A stretch of 40,960 nucleotides of DNA from sequence record SRR31156797_13057; one strand, written 5' to 3'. This document shows, piece after piece, positions 1 through 11,000 of this stretch; the stretch's first letter is position 1; every line of letters starts with the position of its first letter. A program made the position numbers and the translations under genes. The notes beneath the pieces were generated by a model. That model had not been told where the DNA came from, ran no database searches, and was given only the letters and a program-made list of their open reading frames with translations.

Positions 1-114
1 CCAAAAGGTTCTCTGGTCCCGCTGAAAGCGCTGCTGGCGGCCACTTCGGTCAAATATAAAAAAAGACCCCACGACAACTGTCACGGAGCCTTATTCTTCA
101 CAAAATCGCACTTT

Positions 115-1116
115 CTAAGAATCCAGATGGCATCGAGCATACCGACCAGGCGCAATTTCACGCCGCTTCGGAGCCTCTCGCTTGCAGATATCCATGGCAT
201 GCGCACAACGCGGGTGGAAATGACAACCGGTCGGCGGGTCCAACGGGGACGGAATTTCACCAATAAGCGGAGAAAAATCCACACCTCGTTTATCCAGCCT
301 CGGCACTTCATTCAGCAACGCCTGAGTATAGGGATGAAACGGTGATTCAAACAATTCATCCACGGGCGCGGTTTCCACGATGCGCCCAAGATACATGACG
401 GCGATACGGTCGGAAATGTGTTCGACCACGCCAAGATCATGAGAGATGAATAAACAAGTCAGATTGTGCTGTTCCCTCAAATCCATGAACAGATTCAAAA
501 TCTGGGCCTGAATGGATACATCCAAAGCGGCCACGGACTCGTCGCAGACAAGACATTCCGGTTTGACGGCCATAGCACGGGCAATGCCGACACGCTGCCG
601 CTGTCCACCGGAAAATTGATGCGGATACCGATTCTTGAAGGAGGTATCCAAACCACATTGTTCCATGACTTCATCGAGATAATTATCCAATTCCTTGGCA
701 GTAGTCATGCCATGATACAACGGAGCTTCGCCGATGATCCCCTTGACGCGTTTTCGCGGGTTGAGTGATGCGAACGGGTCCTGAAAAATCATTTGGACAT
801 TGATGGCATAGTCGAGCTTTTCTTTGGCGGTCATCTCGACGACATTTTTGCCCTTGTAATATATATTGCCAGAGGTCTGCTGCATGATGTCACATACCAT
901 GCGACCAAGGGTGGACTTGCCACAACCGGACTCACCCACCAACCCGACTACTTCGCCGGGCATGACGTACAGATTCACGTCGTCCACAGCCTGTACACGC
1001 TCTTCGAGAATCTTTGCGCCGAGCCTGCGAGCCGCTTTACTGGCAAAATCCAGTTTTTTCTCAAAAACTTTACTGATATGTTCACAGCGGATGAACGGTG
1101 TCTTTGCGTCACTCAT
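115..1116 (-). CDS. Oligopeptide/dipeptide ABC transporter ATP-binding protein (OppF/DppF-like)
   Basis: Walker [10 protein letters not shown], signature FSGGQRQR, Walker B LVCDE, FISHDL, C-terminal HPYT...GCHFHPRC. Start moved to MSDAK (1116), just after the upstream gene's stop at 1121. Confidence 0.93.
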   Translation of the reverse strand: MSDAKTPFIRCEHISKVFEKKLDFASKAARRLGAKILEERVQAVDDVNLYVMPGEVVGLVGESGCGKSTLGRMVCDIMQQTSGNIYYKGKNVVEMTAKEKLDYAINVQMIFQDPFASLNPRKRVKGIIGEAPLYHGMTTAKELDNYLDEVMEQCGLDTSFKNRYPHQFSGGQRQRVGIARAMAVKPECLVCDESVAALDVSIQAQILNLFMDLREQHNLTCLFISHDLGVVEHISDRIAVMYLGRIVETAPVDELFESPFHPYTQALLNEVPRLDKRGVDFSPLIGEIPSPLDPPTGCHFHPRCAHAMDICKREAPKRREIAPGRYARCHLDS

Positions 1117-1120
1117 AATA

Positions 1121-2104
1121 CTATCCGTTGCTCCTGTTATATTTGCCCGGATGAAAACAACAGACCTTGCGGCCATCGTCCATAATGGTCACGGGCGGCT
1201 CCTGAAAACATTTCTCTGAACTCCGGGAGCAGCGCATCCTGAACGGACACCCTTCCGGCAGATTGATTAGGGACGGAGTTGTCCCCGGAATCTGATACAG
1301 TCTCTCACCCCGTCGATTCCGGCTCGGTACCGAACCAATCAACCCTTCGGTATAAGGATGCAGGGGCGCATCAAGTACATCCTGCACAGGACCTTCTTCA
1401 ATGATGGTGCCCGCGTACATGACTGCAACCCGATGAGCCAGCCCTGCAATCACCGTCAGATCATGGGTTATCCACATAAGAGCCATGTCCGTTTTGCGAC
1501 ACAACTTCTGCATTTCAGCGAGAATCTGACTTTGAATAGTCACGTCGAGTGCCGTGGTTGGCTCGTCCGCAATAATGAGGTCGGGATTATTCAACAGCCC
1601 GGTCGCGATGGCAACACGCTGACGCATACCACCAGAAAACTGGTGCGGATACGCCTTGATGCGCTCTTCTGGTGAGGGGATTCCAACCATGGCCAGAGCC
1701 TCAACAGAGCGACGGCGGGCTTCATCCTTGCTCACATTTTCATGAGCACGAATGGCTTCGATCATCTGTGTGTCGATACGCAAAACCGGATTCAAGGTCA
1801 TCATGGGGTCCTGAAAAATCATGGCTACATTATTACCACGAAAGGAACGCCATTCAGGTTCGGTCTGATCGACCAAATCCTTGCCCTTGAACTTGATGGA
1901 CCCACCAGCGACACGACCGGGAGGATCAACAAGTCCCATGATGGAAAAGCCCATGACAGATTTACCTGAGCCGGACTCGCCGACAATGCCGATAACCTCA
2001 CCTTTATTCACGGTGAGAGATATGCCGTTGACCGCCTTGACCACACCCGCACGGGTATAAAAATAGGTCTGGAGGTCTTTCATTTCAAGAAGTGGTGCGC
2101 TCAT
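1121..2104 (-). CDS. Oligopeptide/dipeptide ABC transporter ATP-binding protein (OppD/DppD-like)
   Basis: [35 protein letters not shown]...GCPFRMRC. The ATG at 2104 overlaps the permease stop (ATGA coupling). Confidence 0.93.
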   Translation of the reverse strand: MSAPLLEMKDLQTYFYTRAGVVKAVNGISLTVNKGEVIGIVGESGSGKSVMGFSIMGLVDPPGRVAGGSIKFKGKDLVDQTEPEWRSFRGNNVAMIFQDPMMTLNPVLRIDTQMIEAIRAHENVSKDEARRRSVEALAMVGIPSPEERIKAYPHQFSGGMRQRVAIATGLLNNPDLIIADEPTTALDVTIQSQILAEMQKLCRKTDMALMWITHDLTVIAGLAHRVAVMYAGTIIEEGPVQDVLDAPLHPYTEGLIGSVPSRNRRGERLYQIPGTTPSLINLPEGCPFRMRCSRSSEKCFQEPPVTIMDDGRKVCCFHPGKYNRSNG

Positions 2105-2988
2105 CGCTTCAACCTCGGATTCAACACGTCGCGTAACCGGTCGCCGACCAGATTGATGCAGACGATGAGTATTAACAGGGCTATGCCGGGATACACACTG
2201 ATCCAATAATACCCGCTTTGCAGGAACTTGAATCCGTTGGCGATAAGCAGACCCAACGAAGGCTTGGTGATAGGCATTCCCAAACCAAGAAAAGACAAGG
2301 TCGCTTCAAGGGCAATGGCCCCGGCCACCTTGACCGTGGAAATAACAATCAACTCAGGCGTACAGTTAGGCAAAACGTGACCAAACATGATCCGCCGCTT
2401 AGGTAGCGCCAGACATTTGGCCGCTTCCACGTATTCCTTGTTGCGCTCCACCAACACATTGCTTCGAATAGCTCGGGCATAATACGCCCACTGAACCATG
2501 ACCAACGCCAAAATGATCTTGTCGATACCCTTGCCGAGAATGGCGAGTAGGATCAACGCCACCAAAATGGCGGGAAAACTCAGTTGCAGGTCCACCGTTC
2601 GCATGATGAAGGCGTCGGTCTTCCCCCCTTGGTATGCTGCCCAAAGGCCGATAATGGCACCGATAATAAGTGCGATAACCGTGGACAGGACACCTACGCC
2701 GAGACTGATACGCAATCCATACAGAATGGAGCTGAGCATATCACGCCCTTGACTGTCCGTGCCAAGATAGTAGGTGGTGGCCCCGTCAAAAGTCGTTTCA
2801 CCCGGAGCGAGCTTGGAATCCATGATATCAATAGACATGAGATCATACGGATTTTGCGGCGAAATGAACGGCGCCAAAAGGGCCACCGCAACAATAATTG
2901 TCAAAAGGATAAGCCCGATGGTGGCCACCCGGCTTTCGAAATATTCCTGAACAGTCTGCCAGAACAGGGATTCGCTTTGCTGTGCCAT
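2101..2988 (-). CDS. Peptide ABC transporter permease (OppC/DppC-like)
   Basis: LGTDSQGRD, EAA loop EYVEAAKCLA, ATLSFLGLG, several hydrophobic helices, C-terminal GDRLRDVLNPR. Confidence 0.93.
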   Translation of the reverse strand: MAQQSESLFWQTVQEYFESRVATIGLILLTIIVAVALLAPFISPQNPYDLMSIDIMDSKLAPGETTFDGATTYYLGTDSQGRDMLSSILYGLRISLGVGVLSTVIALIIGAIIGLWAAYQGGKTDAFIMRTVDLQLSFPAILVALILLAILGKGIDKIILALVMVQWAYYARAIRSNVLVERNKEYVEAAKCLALPKRRIMFGHVLPNCTPELIVISTVKVAGAIALEATLSFLGLGMPITKPSLGLLIANGFKFLQSGYYWISVYPGIALLILIVCINLVGDRLRDVLNPRLKR

Positions 2989-2997
2989 GTCCTCCCC

Positions 2998-3972
2998 CTA
3001 TCGCTCGTCGCCCAGGCGAACCCTGGGGTCAAGGATCGAGTACAGAATGTCCACGATCAGATTGATGAGAATGAACATGGTCACCGTAATGAGCAAATAT
3101 GCCACGATAATGGGCCGGTCGAGAACTCCAATGGAATCAATTACCAGCTTGCCCATGCCGGGCCATGCGAAAATGGTCTCCGTAACAACCGCGAACGCGA
3201 TCAAGTTACCAAACTCCATGCCGAGAACGGTAATGACAGGAATCATGATGTTCTTCATGACATGCAGCCCGATAATACGAGTGTTGGATAATCCCTTGGC
3301 CCGAGCGAACTTCACGTAATCCATCTGCAAATTTTCCTGAACTCCAGCGCGACTGAGCCGAATGGCCAGAGACGTCTTGAACAAGGCCAGATTAGACGCT
3401 GGCAAAATGAGATACGACAACCCTTTCCATGACAGGAAGCTAAAGTGCATACCAAGAAATTCCACAGGTTCACCACGGCCACCTGACGGCAGCCAGCCGA
3501 GCTGTACGGAAAAGATAATGATGAGCATCAGTCCGACCCAGAATGTGGGCAGCGAAAAACCAAGAATGGAAAAACGCATGATGTTACGCCCGATCCAGTT
3601 GTCATGCTGGATACCTGCGATCATGCCCAGCGGGATTCCCATAAACACCGCCATAAACATGGCAGTGAAGGCGAGCTCCAACGTGGCCGGAAGTCGATCG
3701 AAAATGATCTTGAGGGCGGGTTCGTTGTATACGAACGAATTGCCGAAATTACCATGCAGGGCGCCTTTGAGAAAAATGAAATATTGTTCCCACAGCGGTT
3801 TGTCCAAGCCAAACTCGCTGACGGCACGAGCGTACTCGGCCGGAGAAGCGTCGGGTGCGATCAGGATGTCGATAGGGTTGCCGATGTAGTATACACCGAC
3901 GAACACGAGAACCGACATAACCAGAAGCACGACTGCGCTCTGAGTGATGCGACGAATAAGAAACGCGAGCAT
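2998..3972 (-). CDS. Peptide ABC transporter permease (OppB/DppB-like)
   Basis: GLDKPLWEQY, RLPATLEL, DYVKFARAKGL, VVTETIFAWPGMG, C-terminal LDPRVR. Confidence 0.93.
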   Translation of the reverse strand: MLAFLIRRITQSAVVLLVMSVLVFVGVYYIGNPIDILIAPDASPAEYARAVSEFGLDKPLWEQYFIFLKGALHGNFGNSFVYNEPALKIIFDRLPATLELAFTAMFMAVFMGIPLGMIAGIQHDNWIGRNIMRFSILGFSLPTFWVGLMLIIIFSVQLGWLPSGGRGEPVEFLGMHFSFLSWKGLSYLILPASNLALFKTSLAIRLSRAGVQENLQMDYVKFARAKGLSNTRIIGLHVMKNIMIPVITVLGMEFGNLIAFAVVTETIFAWPGMGKLVIDSIGVLDRPIIVAYLLITVTMFILINLIVDILYSILDPRVRLGDER

Positions 3973-3995
3973 TTCTGTCCTTTATTTACGTGGAA

Positions 3996-4027
3996 AACGA
4001 GGGAACGCGATGACGCGTCCCCCCGTT
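3996..4027 (-). terminator. Intercistronic stem-loop after the substrate-binding protein gene (partial terminator or mRNA stabiliser)
   Basis: Imperfect inverted repeat aacgagggaacgcg-atga-cgcgtccccccgtt between the SBP and permease genes. Confidence 0.55.
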
Positions 4028-4046
4028 GTACACAATTGAAACGGTT

Positions 4047-5615
4047 CTATTGAGCCTTGATTTCGTAAGGCAGAGTGTAACCGTCGGTACGACCATTATA
4101 AGTCAGCCCTTTCTTGGTACCCCAAACGGAGACCTGGAAGTGGATGGGCACGATGCCAACGTCATTCATACCGGCTTCAACGCATTCGATGACGATCTTG
4201 TTGTGCTCAGCAGGATCAACAGTCACCAGAGCTTCTTCCAGCTTTTGGTCAACCACGGGGTTGGAGTAACGACCACGGTTGGCGGAACCAAAGCCCTTTT
4301 CCTTGTCGTAAGTATGCAGCAAGGAGCCTACACAGTTGGTATGCTCACCGGTATCAGTGGCCCAACCAAGCAACATGAGGCTGAATTCCAGAGCGGAAGC
4401 TTTACCGAAGTACACGGCCTTGGGCATAGTGTTGACTTCAGTCTTGATACCAACCTTGGTCAACATCTGGGCGATAGCCTGAGCAATGTCGCCATCATTG
4501 ACATAACGGTCATTGGGACCATGAATAGTCAACTTGAAACCTTCGGGATAACCAGCTTCAGCCAGCAAAGCCTTGGCGCCCTTGGGATCGTATTTTTCAG
4601 GCTGCAAAGTCTTGGAAGTACCTTCATAACCATCGGGCAACATCTGGGCTGCGGGGATGGCCAGACCTTCCATGATGCGAGCAGCAATGGCTTCGCGATT
4701 AATGGCCTTGGAAATGGCCTTGCGGACACGAACGTCCTTCATGGGATTCTTGATCTTGTTACCGTCATTATCGGTGACCATGGGAGAATCGTCACGATCA
4801 GAATCAAGATGCAGGTAGATCAAACGGGTGGACGGAGACTGCGACAAAGCAACACCTTCGGCTGCCTTGAGATGCTTCACGTCTGCCGGGGGAACAAAGT
4901 TGATCAAGTCAACATCGCCAGACTGAAGAGCAGCCACGCGTGTTCCATCATTGGAAATGGGACGAACGATGATCTTTTCCCATGCGGGCTTCACACCCCA
5001 ATAGTCATCATTGCGCTCGTAAACAATTTTGTCACCACGAACCCATTCAACCAACTTATAGGGACCGGTGCCGATACAGGCGGCGCCTGAATTGAAATCT
5101 TCAGTAGCCTTGCCCTCGGAGGCTTTTTTGGAAACGATGGTGAAAGAAGCGAAATTGCGCGGCATCAGAGGAGCCGGCTTTTCGGTGTGAATACGCACAG
5201 TATACTGATCAACAACCTCAACCTCGGTGATCGCACCAACGGCACCGGTAAAGGAAGAAGGACTGTTGGGGACGTTGGGAATACGTTCGATGGTGTACTT
5301 CATATCCTCTGCGGTAAACGGAGAACCATCATGAAATTTGACGCCTTGGCGAAGCTTGAACTCCCAAACGGTGTCGCTGACGGGTGTCCAGGATTCGGCC
5401 AGACCGGGATACAACTTCTGACGAGAGTCCTGAAGAATGAGTTTGTCAAAGACCCACAGGGCCATCTGATTGTTCTGGGTGACATTGTGGAAATGGGGGT
5501 CGAGAGAGGTGGGCTCGCCCTTGAGGCCGATGGTCAGATCCTTGGCCATCGCAATGGATGCGCCGAGGATCAGGCTCGCCATGATGACGAAGCTGATCAA
5601 CAGTTTCTTTTTCAT
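4047..5615 (-). CDS. Peptide/nickel ABC transporter substrate-binding protein (family 5)
   Basis: Signal peptide MKKKLLISF...AMA, SLDPH, GLAESW, FKLRQGVKFHDGSPFTAED, GTGPYKL, DVRVRKAISKAINR. AGGAG RBS upstream. Confidence 0.94.
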   Translation of the reverse strand: MKKKLLISFVIMASLILGASIAMAKDLTIGLKGEPTSLDPHFHNVTQNNQMALWVFDKLILQDSRQKLYPGLAESWTPVSDTVWEFKLRQGVKFHDGSPFTAEDMKYTIERIPNVPNSPSSFTGAVGAITEVEVVDQYTVRIHTEKPAPLMPRNFASFTIVSKKASEGKATEDFNSGAACIGTGPYKLVEWVRGDKIVYERNDDYWGVKPAWEKIIVRPISNDGTRVAALQSGDVDLINFVPPADVKHLKAAEGVALSQSPSTRLIYLHLDSDRDDSPMVTDNDGNKIKNPMKDVRVRKAISKAINREAIAARIMEGLAIPAAQMLPDGYEGTSKTLQPEKYDPKGAKALLAEAGYPEGFKLTIHGPNDRYVNDGDIAQAIAQMLTKVGIKTEVNTMPKAVYFGKASALEFSLMLLGWATDTGEHTNCVGSLLHTYDKEKGFGSANRGRYSNPVVDQKLEEALVTVDPAEHNKIVIECVEAGMNDVGIVPIHFQVSVWGTKKGLTYNGRTDGYTLPYEIKAQ

Positions 5616-5790
5616 GAATATCTCCTTGTGGTTTTTACCGAGAAAAGGCTCACAAAAATGTCATAAATTCTACAAAAAATCAATATATTCGACGAAAAAA
5701 CTCCATACATTGAATTCCTTGAACAAATATTTGGCAGCCTGTAACATGCCGACCGTTTTACACAGCCAACCAAGCACAGGAAAAAACACC

Positions 5791-6954
5791 ATGGACATGA
5801 TTCAAACGTTCAAAACGTACCTTGAAGACAACAAAGATGAAATGTTCGATCTGCTTGAACAGATCGTGAACATTAATAGCTATTCTGGAAACAAGGAAGG
5901 CGTAGACAAGGTCGTGGACGTCCTTGAAACGACCTTTAAAGACATGGGGCTTGTCACTCGTCGTCAACAGCGCGATGTCACCGGCGACAATCTGGTGGCC
6001 GAAAACACCGCACGCACATCCGGCGGCGGCCTGCTCATGATCGGTCACATGGACACAGTCTTTCCACCGGAAATGGGGTTCGATACTTATAGAAAAGAAA
6101 GGAACACCATATACGGTCCCGGCGTCTACGACATGAAAGGTGGTTTGGTCGTCGGCATTTTCGCGGCAAAAGCCATGCAGGCAGCCGGGTTGTTGGAAAC
6201 AATTCCTGTCGGTTTCACTTACAACTCCGATGAGGAGATCGGCTCACCCCACTCCCGCGACATTATTGTAAAAGAAGCAAAAAAAAGCGACTTCTGCTTT
6301 GTCATGGAAGGATCCGGCGCCAACGGCGGAGAAATAGTCACAGGGCGCAAGGGCCGCATCGTCTTCGACTTTGAAGTCACCGGTAAAGCCGGACATGCAG
6401 GCAACACGGCCTTCCCCAAAGCAAGTGCCATTGTGGAAATGGCCCAAATGATCACCGCACTAGAAGCGTTGAACGACCCTGAAGCCGGTACATCCCTGAA
6501 CGTTGGTCAAATAGAAGGTGGCGTTGGCCCCAACACGGTCGCCGCAACAGCGAAAGCACGAGTGGAGACCCGCTTTACGACCATGGAAGGACGGGACAAA
6601 GTTTGGTCCGCCATCAACAAAATCATTACCTCGCCGACTCTTTCCGGCACATCAGCGACCCTTGAAATTCAGATAGAACGTCCGCCCATGGTTCCCAACG
6701 AGGCAAACCTTGCGCTGTTTGGTTCAGTTGAACAGGCTGCAATAGAATTGGGTTTGACCGTCAAATCAAACTTCCGAGGCGGTGGATCAGATGCCAACAT
6801 CGTCTCCGAGGCAGGTGTTCCGGTACTAGACGGTTTAGGTTCATCCGGCGAAAAGCTCCATACCCCGGACGAAAGCATGCGGGCAGACTCGATGGTTCGT
6901 CAGGCATTGCTGACCGCCCTGAGTGCAGTCAGAGCATACGAAAAATATGCATAA
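5791..6954 (+). CDS. M20 family metallopeptidase (glutamate carboxypeptidase / carboxypeptidase G2-like)
   Basis: GHMDTV, GPGVYDMKGG, SDEEIGS, GHAG, GGGSDAN and LHTPDE metal/catalytic motifs. Start moved to 5791 because the longer ORF would overlap the divergent SBP gene. Confidence 0.88.
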   Translation: MDMIQTFKTYLEDNKDEMFDLLEQIVNINSYSGNKEGVDKVVDVLETTFKDMGLVTRRQQRDVTGDNLVAENTARTSGGGLLMIGHMDTVFPPEMGFDTYRKERNTIYGPGVYDMKGGLVVGIFAAKAMQAAGLLETIPVGFTYNSDEEIGSPHSRDIIVKEAKKSDFCFVMEGSGANGGEIVTGRKGRIVFDFEVTGKAGHAGNTAFPKASAIVEMAQMITALEALNDPEAGTSLNVGQIEGGVGPNTVAATAKARVETRFTTMEGRDKVWSAINKIITSPTLSGTSATLEIQIERPPMVPNEANLALFGSVEQAAIELGLTVKSNFRGGGSDANIVSEAGVPVLDGLGSSGEKLHTPDESMRADSMVRQALLTALSAVRAYEKYA

Positions 6955-6962
6955 TTTTGAAA

Positions 6963-7000
6963 AATGACCGACAGCCTCATTGCTGGGGCAGTCGGTCATT
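6963..7000. terminator. Stem-loop between convergent genes
   Basis: aatgaccgac...gtcggtcatt inverted repeat between the peptidase and HD-GYP stop codons. Confidence 0.65.
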
Positions 7001-7003
7001 CAT

Positions 7004-8074
7004 TTATCCATTTTCAGGATCAGGATGTTCTTTCCGGACAACCATGATTGCCGGAAGACTGTCCAAAAACACCTCGACAACCTTGGGGTCAAACTGTGTA
7101 CCAGACGATTCTTTAATGTAAGCGACAGCTTTTTCCAAAGGCCACGGTTCTTTGTACGGACGGTGAGACATCAGCGCATCAAAGACATCGCTGACCGTAG
7201 CTATCCGGGCACATAAAGGGATATTCTCACCTTTTAGACCATTGGGATAACCGTTACCATTCCACCACTCATGGTGGCACAGGGCCAACTCCGACGCCAT
7301 GAGAATGACATCCGAGGGGTGATCGCCCATAATGTCGCTTCCAAAAGTTGTGTGGCTCTTCATAATCTCCCACTCATCCTTATCGAGTGGTCCCGGCTTG
7401 AGCAAAATAGAATCCGGTATGGCGATCTTGCCGACATCATGCATGGGACTGGCATGAAGGATGCGCTCACACATTTCGTCATCCAAGCCCAATCCCCGTG
7501 CCAAAATTTCAGCCACCTTACTCATACGAATAACATGCGCCCCGGTCTCGTTATCGCGATATTCACCGGCTCGACCGAGTCGGCGGACAATCTCAAGCTG
7601 TGCTTCGTTCAAGGCGCGAGTCCGTTCCCGCACCTGTTCTTCAAGGATATCTCCACGGACTACCTGCCGCTTATAATAATGTCTTGTGACCAACATATTA
7701 CGAATTCGAAGCAGGACTTCCCAATGATCAAACGGTTTAGTCAAAAAATCCTTGGCTCCGGCCTCAAGAGCCCTCTGACGGGTCTGTTGATCTGTCTGCG
7801 CCGTCAAAACCAAAATGGGCAGGTAGTCTGACGAATTCTGATCGCGCAACGCATGCATGACTTCGATCCCGTTCATGTATGGCATACGGATATCAAGAAG
7901 CAGGAGGTCAAATTTTTCCTTTGCGTGCAATTCGACCACCATGCGCGGGTCCGTCGTGGAGGTATAATTATTGTACCCCTCCTCTTCAAGAATATCTTCA
8001 AGCAGGGCTATATTAGTAGGATTGTCATCAACGATCAGGATGCTCGACGAGTAAAGTGTTGTTTTATCAATCAT
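7004..8074 (-). CDS. Response regulator with HD-GYP c-di-GMP phosphodiesterase domain (RpfG-like)
   Basis: REC domain (IVDD, LLLLD, LTA, KPF), RDNETGAH, HDVGK, HHEWWNGNGYP, DVFDAL..RPYK. GGAAAGGA RBS before the ATG at 8074. Confidence 0.92.
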   Translation of the reverse strand: MIDKTTLYSSSILIVDDNPTNIALLEDILEEEGYNNYTSTTDPRMVVELHAKEKFDLLLLDIRMPYMNGIEVMHALRDQNSSDYLPILVLTAQTDQQTRQRALEAGAKDFLTKPFDHWEVLLRIRNMLVTRHYYKRQVVRGDILEEQVRERTRALNEAQLEIVRRLGRAGEYRDNETGAHVIRMSKVAEILARGLGLDDEMCERILHASPMHDVGKIAIPDSILLKPGPLDKDEWEIMKSHTTFGSDIMGDHPSDVILMASELALCHHEWWNGNGYPNGLKGENIPLCARIATVSDVFDALMSHRPYKEPWPLEKAVAYIKESSGTQFDPKVVEVFLDSLPAIMVVRKEHPDPENG

Positions 8075-11000
8075 CGTCCTTTCCTTGACTGGCATTGTAT
8101 ACATTAATGATGTCCTGCAAAGAGACAGGGGAACACAAATTTCCGTCCACTCCAGCCGACGGTCCCGGGACTTCCTTTCCTCCCAGCATCAACACTGTCG
8201 GCGGGGTCGCACTCCGTTTTTTTAATTCTTGAACGTGCTCGGCGTAGCCCTGCCCTGCAAAAGCAGCGTTGACAACAACTATTTCCGGTTTGAGCAAATC
8301 GATAGCCGTTAAGGCTTTCTCCCAATTTCTCCGAATAACGACGATAATATCAGGCCATTCAGCTACAATTTCACGCATGGAACTAATACGATCAGAATCA
8401 TTATCCACATACAAAATACAAAGATCAGCCGCTCTCGAATCTTTTCGCACCATATCCGGCCCCGGACCGGATATTATTTTTTCCTCACACGGCAAAGTAA
8501 TCGTGAAAGTAGACCCTTCGCCCTCCGTGCTAACAAATTCAATGGTACCATGCATAGCTTCCAACAATTGCTTGGTGATAGTCATACCAATTCCCGTCCC
8601 CTCGATGCCGGAGTACTCTGCCACCATCCGGGTAAAGGGGGTAAACAGCTCACCCTGCCTGTCTGCCGGGATACCGATACCTGTGTCCGCCACATCAATC
8701 TTGGCCAAGCTGCCCTTCACTTCAGCCGAAATAGTCACGGTCCCGTCTTTGACATTATATTTGACCGCATTCGACATCAAGTTAACCATTACCTGCTTGA
8801 AACGAATCCGATCAACAATAAGTCGCGGTATCGCGTAAACGGAATCTTCCACAGAAAAAACAATGCCATGCTCTCGGGCCATATGCTCTGTGAGCATAAG
8901 ACATTCACCTATAATCTCCGAAGGCAATACAGGTTCAAGCCGAATAGAAAAGCTCCCTGTCTCAATACGGGAAAAATCAAGTATTTCGGAGATCATCTGC
9001 ATAAGATGGCTACCAGCCATATTAATTCGATTGGCTTGTTCAATCTGCTTAGGCAACAAATTGCCAAATTTATCCTCCATAAGCAGCTTGGAAAAACCAA
9101 TGATGGCGTTAAGCGGCGTACGAAGTTCGTGACTCATACGAGACAAAAATTCCATCTTCGCTTTATTTGCAATCTCCGCTTGTTCTCGAGCTTTCTTGAG
9201 TTCAGTGATGTTTTCCTTGAGCGCCACATAATTGGTCACTTCACCCCGATGATTCTTGATCGGAGCCACAATCACATTTTCCGTATACAACTCACCAGCC
9301 CGATTCTTATTGATAAATTCTCCCTGCCAGACTTCCCCCTTGCCGATGGCTTCATACATCTCTACGAATCGTGCGGGATCTGTCAGTCCAGAGTTGAGAA
9401 TACTCGGATTTTTCCCGACAATTTCCGCCTTGCTATACCCCGTAAGCCGCTCAAACTGCGGGTTCACATATTCAATATTTCCAGACGTATCTGTAATAAC
9501 GATACTTGAAGGATTTTGCTCAATAACCATATTGAGTCGTTTCTGCATCTCTTCAGCTTTATTGCGAGACGAAACATCCCGACACGTAATCAAAAGTCCT
9601 CCGATAGCAGGATCATGAGACATATCCTGCACACGAGATTCCATATAAAATTTAACCCCGTCAGAACTCACCGCCATATGCTTCAGGGGATTATCGTCAT
9701 TCACGGCATCAGAAAAAAACGTATCCGACGGTTTCTCCAAATGCCCAGCTTCTCCAACCCGTACAAATTCCTTAAACGACTTGCCTATAAGAAGATCGGG
9801 CGCATAACCAAAATTCGTTTCAACCGACGGGGAAATATAAGCAATGACGCCGTCTTTATCCAAAATGACGAGAACATCTCGTATGCACTCAATCAGTGTA
9901 CGGAAATGCCGTTCGCTGGCTTCAAGCTCCTGTTGAATTTCAACCCTTTGAATAACCTCTTTTTCAAGGCGAAATGTCCGTTCACGAACTTTGTGTTCAA
10001 GTTCATCTCTGGATTGCTCCAACGCACGTAATGCTAAATGCTTGTCCGTGATATCCAAGCTGTATTCAATCATCTGAACGACGTTGCCTTGATTGTCAAA
10101 AATGGGATAACCATGAACTTCTAAATATTTTATTCCTTTATCTGGCGTTGAAATCTTATGCTCCAGAATAACCGGTTCCTTGGTTTTTCTAACCTCTTTC
10201 AACGGGCAGCCACGTTCTATAGCTGAACACGGTTTATCCAATCCGTAATTCAGAGTATAACAATAATTTCCTACTCCGAGAGCCTTGTCTCTGGCTGCCT
10301 GATTAGACATGGAAACCGTATAATCATTGGCATTGATAACGTGAAAAGGATGCCCGAGAGATTCAATAACGGTGGTTAAAAACTCTGCCTGACTGGCAAA
10401 ACGTTTTTCCGCCAATCTTCGTTCTGAGACTTCCTGTCGCAAGGCCTTTGTGCGCTTAAAAACCATCCCTTCAAGATTCTCTTTGGTCTCGGTCATGGAG
10501 GTTAATGCTTCGGTTCGCTCATGGAGAAGCCGACGAATGTCACGGATGATCCACAACGCGATCACCCCCGTCATAATAAGAAAAAGCGGGACTGCAATCG
10601 ATGCGACCCAATTATAAAGGTGAACCTGCCCCTTGCGCTCTTTCTCTGCATACTTTTCAGATTCAAGGCTTTCTATGTACAAACGGTTGGAACTCTCAAC
10701 CAATCGGGTAAAAAACGGGGCAATTTTCTTGTGATACAAGGCCAAGTCCCCCTCTTTTCTCTCCTTGGGACTGAGAACCGCCTGTTGCATCACGGCATAA
10801 TATTCTGTCCGCATTTCTTCCAATCGCGCAAGATTGGTTCGCATTTCGATGGCAGAAAGACTCACCTCGCCTTCGTTTTCAACTTCATGCCGAATCGGCC
10901 AGGCAATAACATCCTTGTTCCCAAAATTCACCGAGACATTCGTGATATATTCTCCGCCATGTTCAATGACCGAAACAGCCGATTGCACCAACTTCAAAAG

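Noticed and set aside
1-60. Possible tail of an intergenic repeat or terminator at the window start
   Set aside because: It is truncated by the window edge and has no second copy here to support it.
4026-5090. 354-aa plus-strand ORF antisense to the SBP gene
   Set aside because: Shadow ORF on the opposite strand of a well-supported gene, with no recognisable motifs; codon bias explains the lack of stops.
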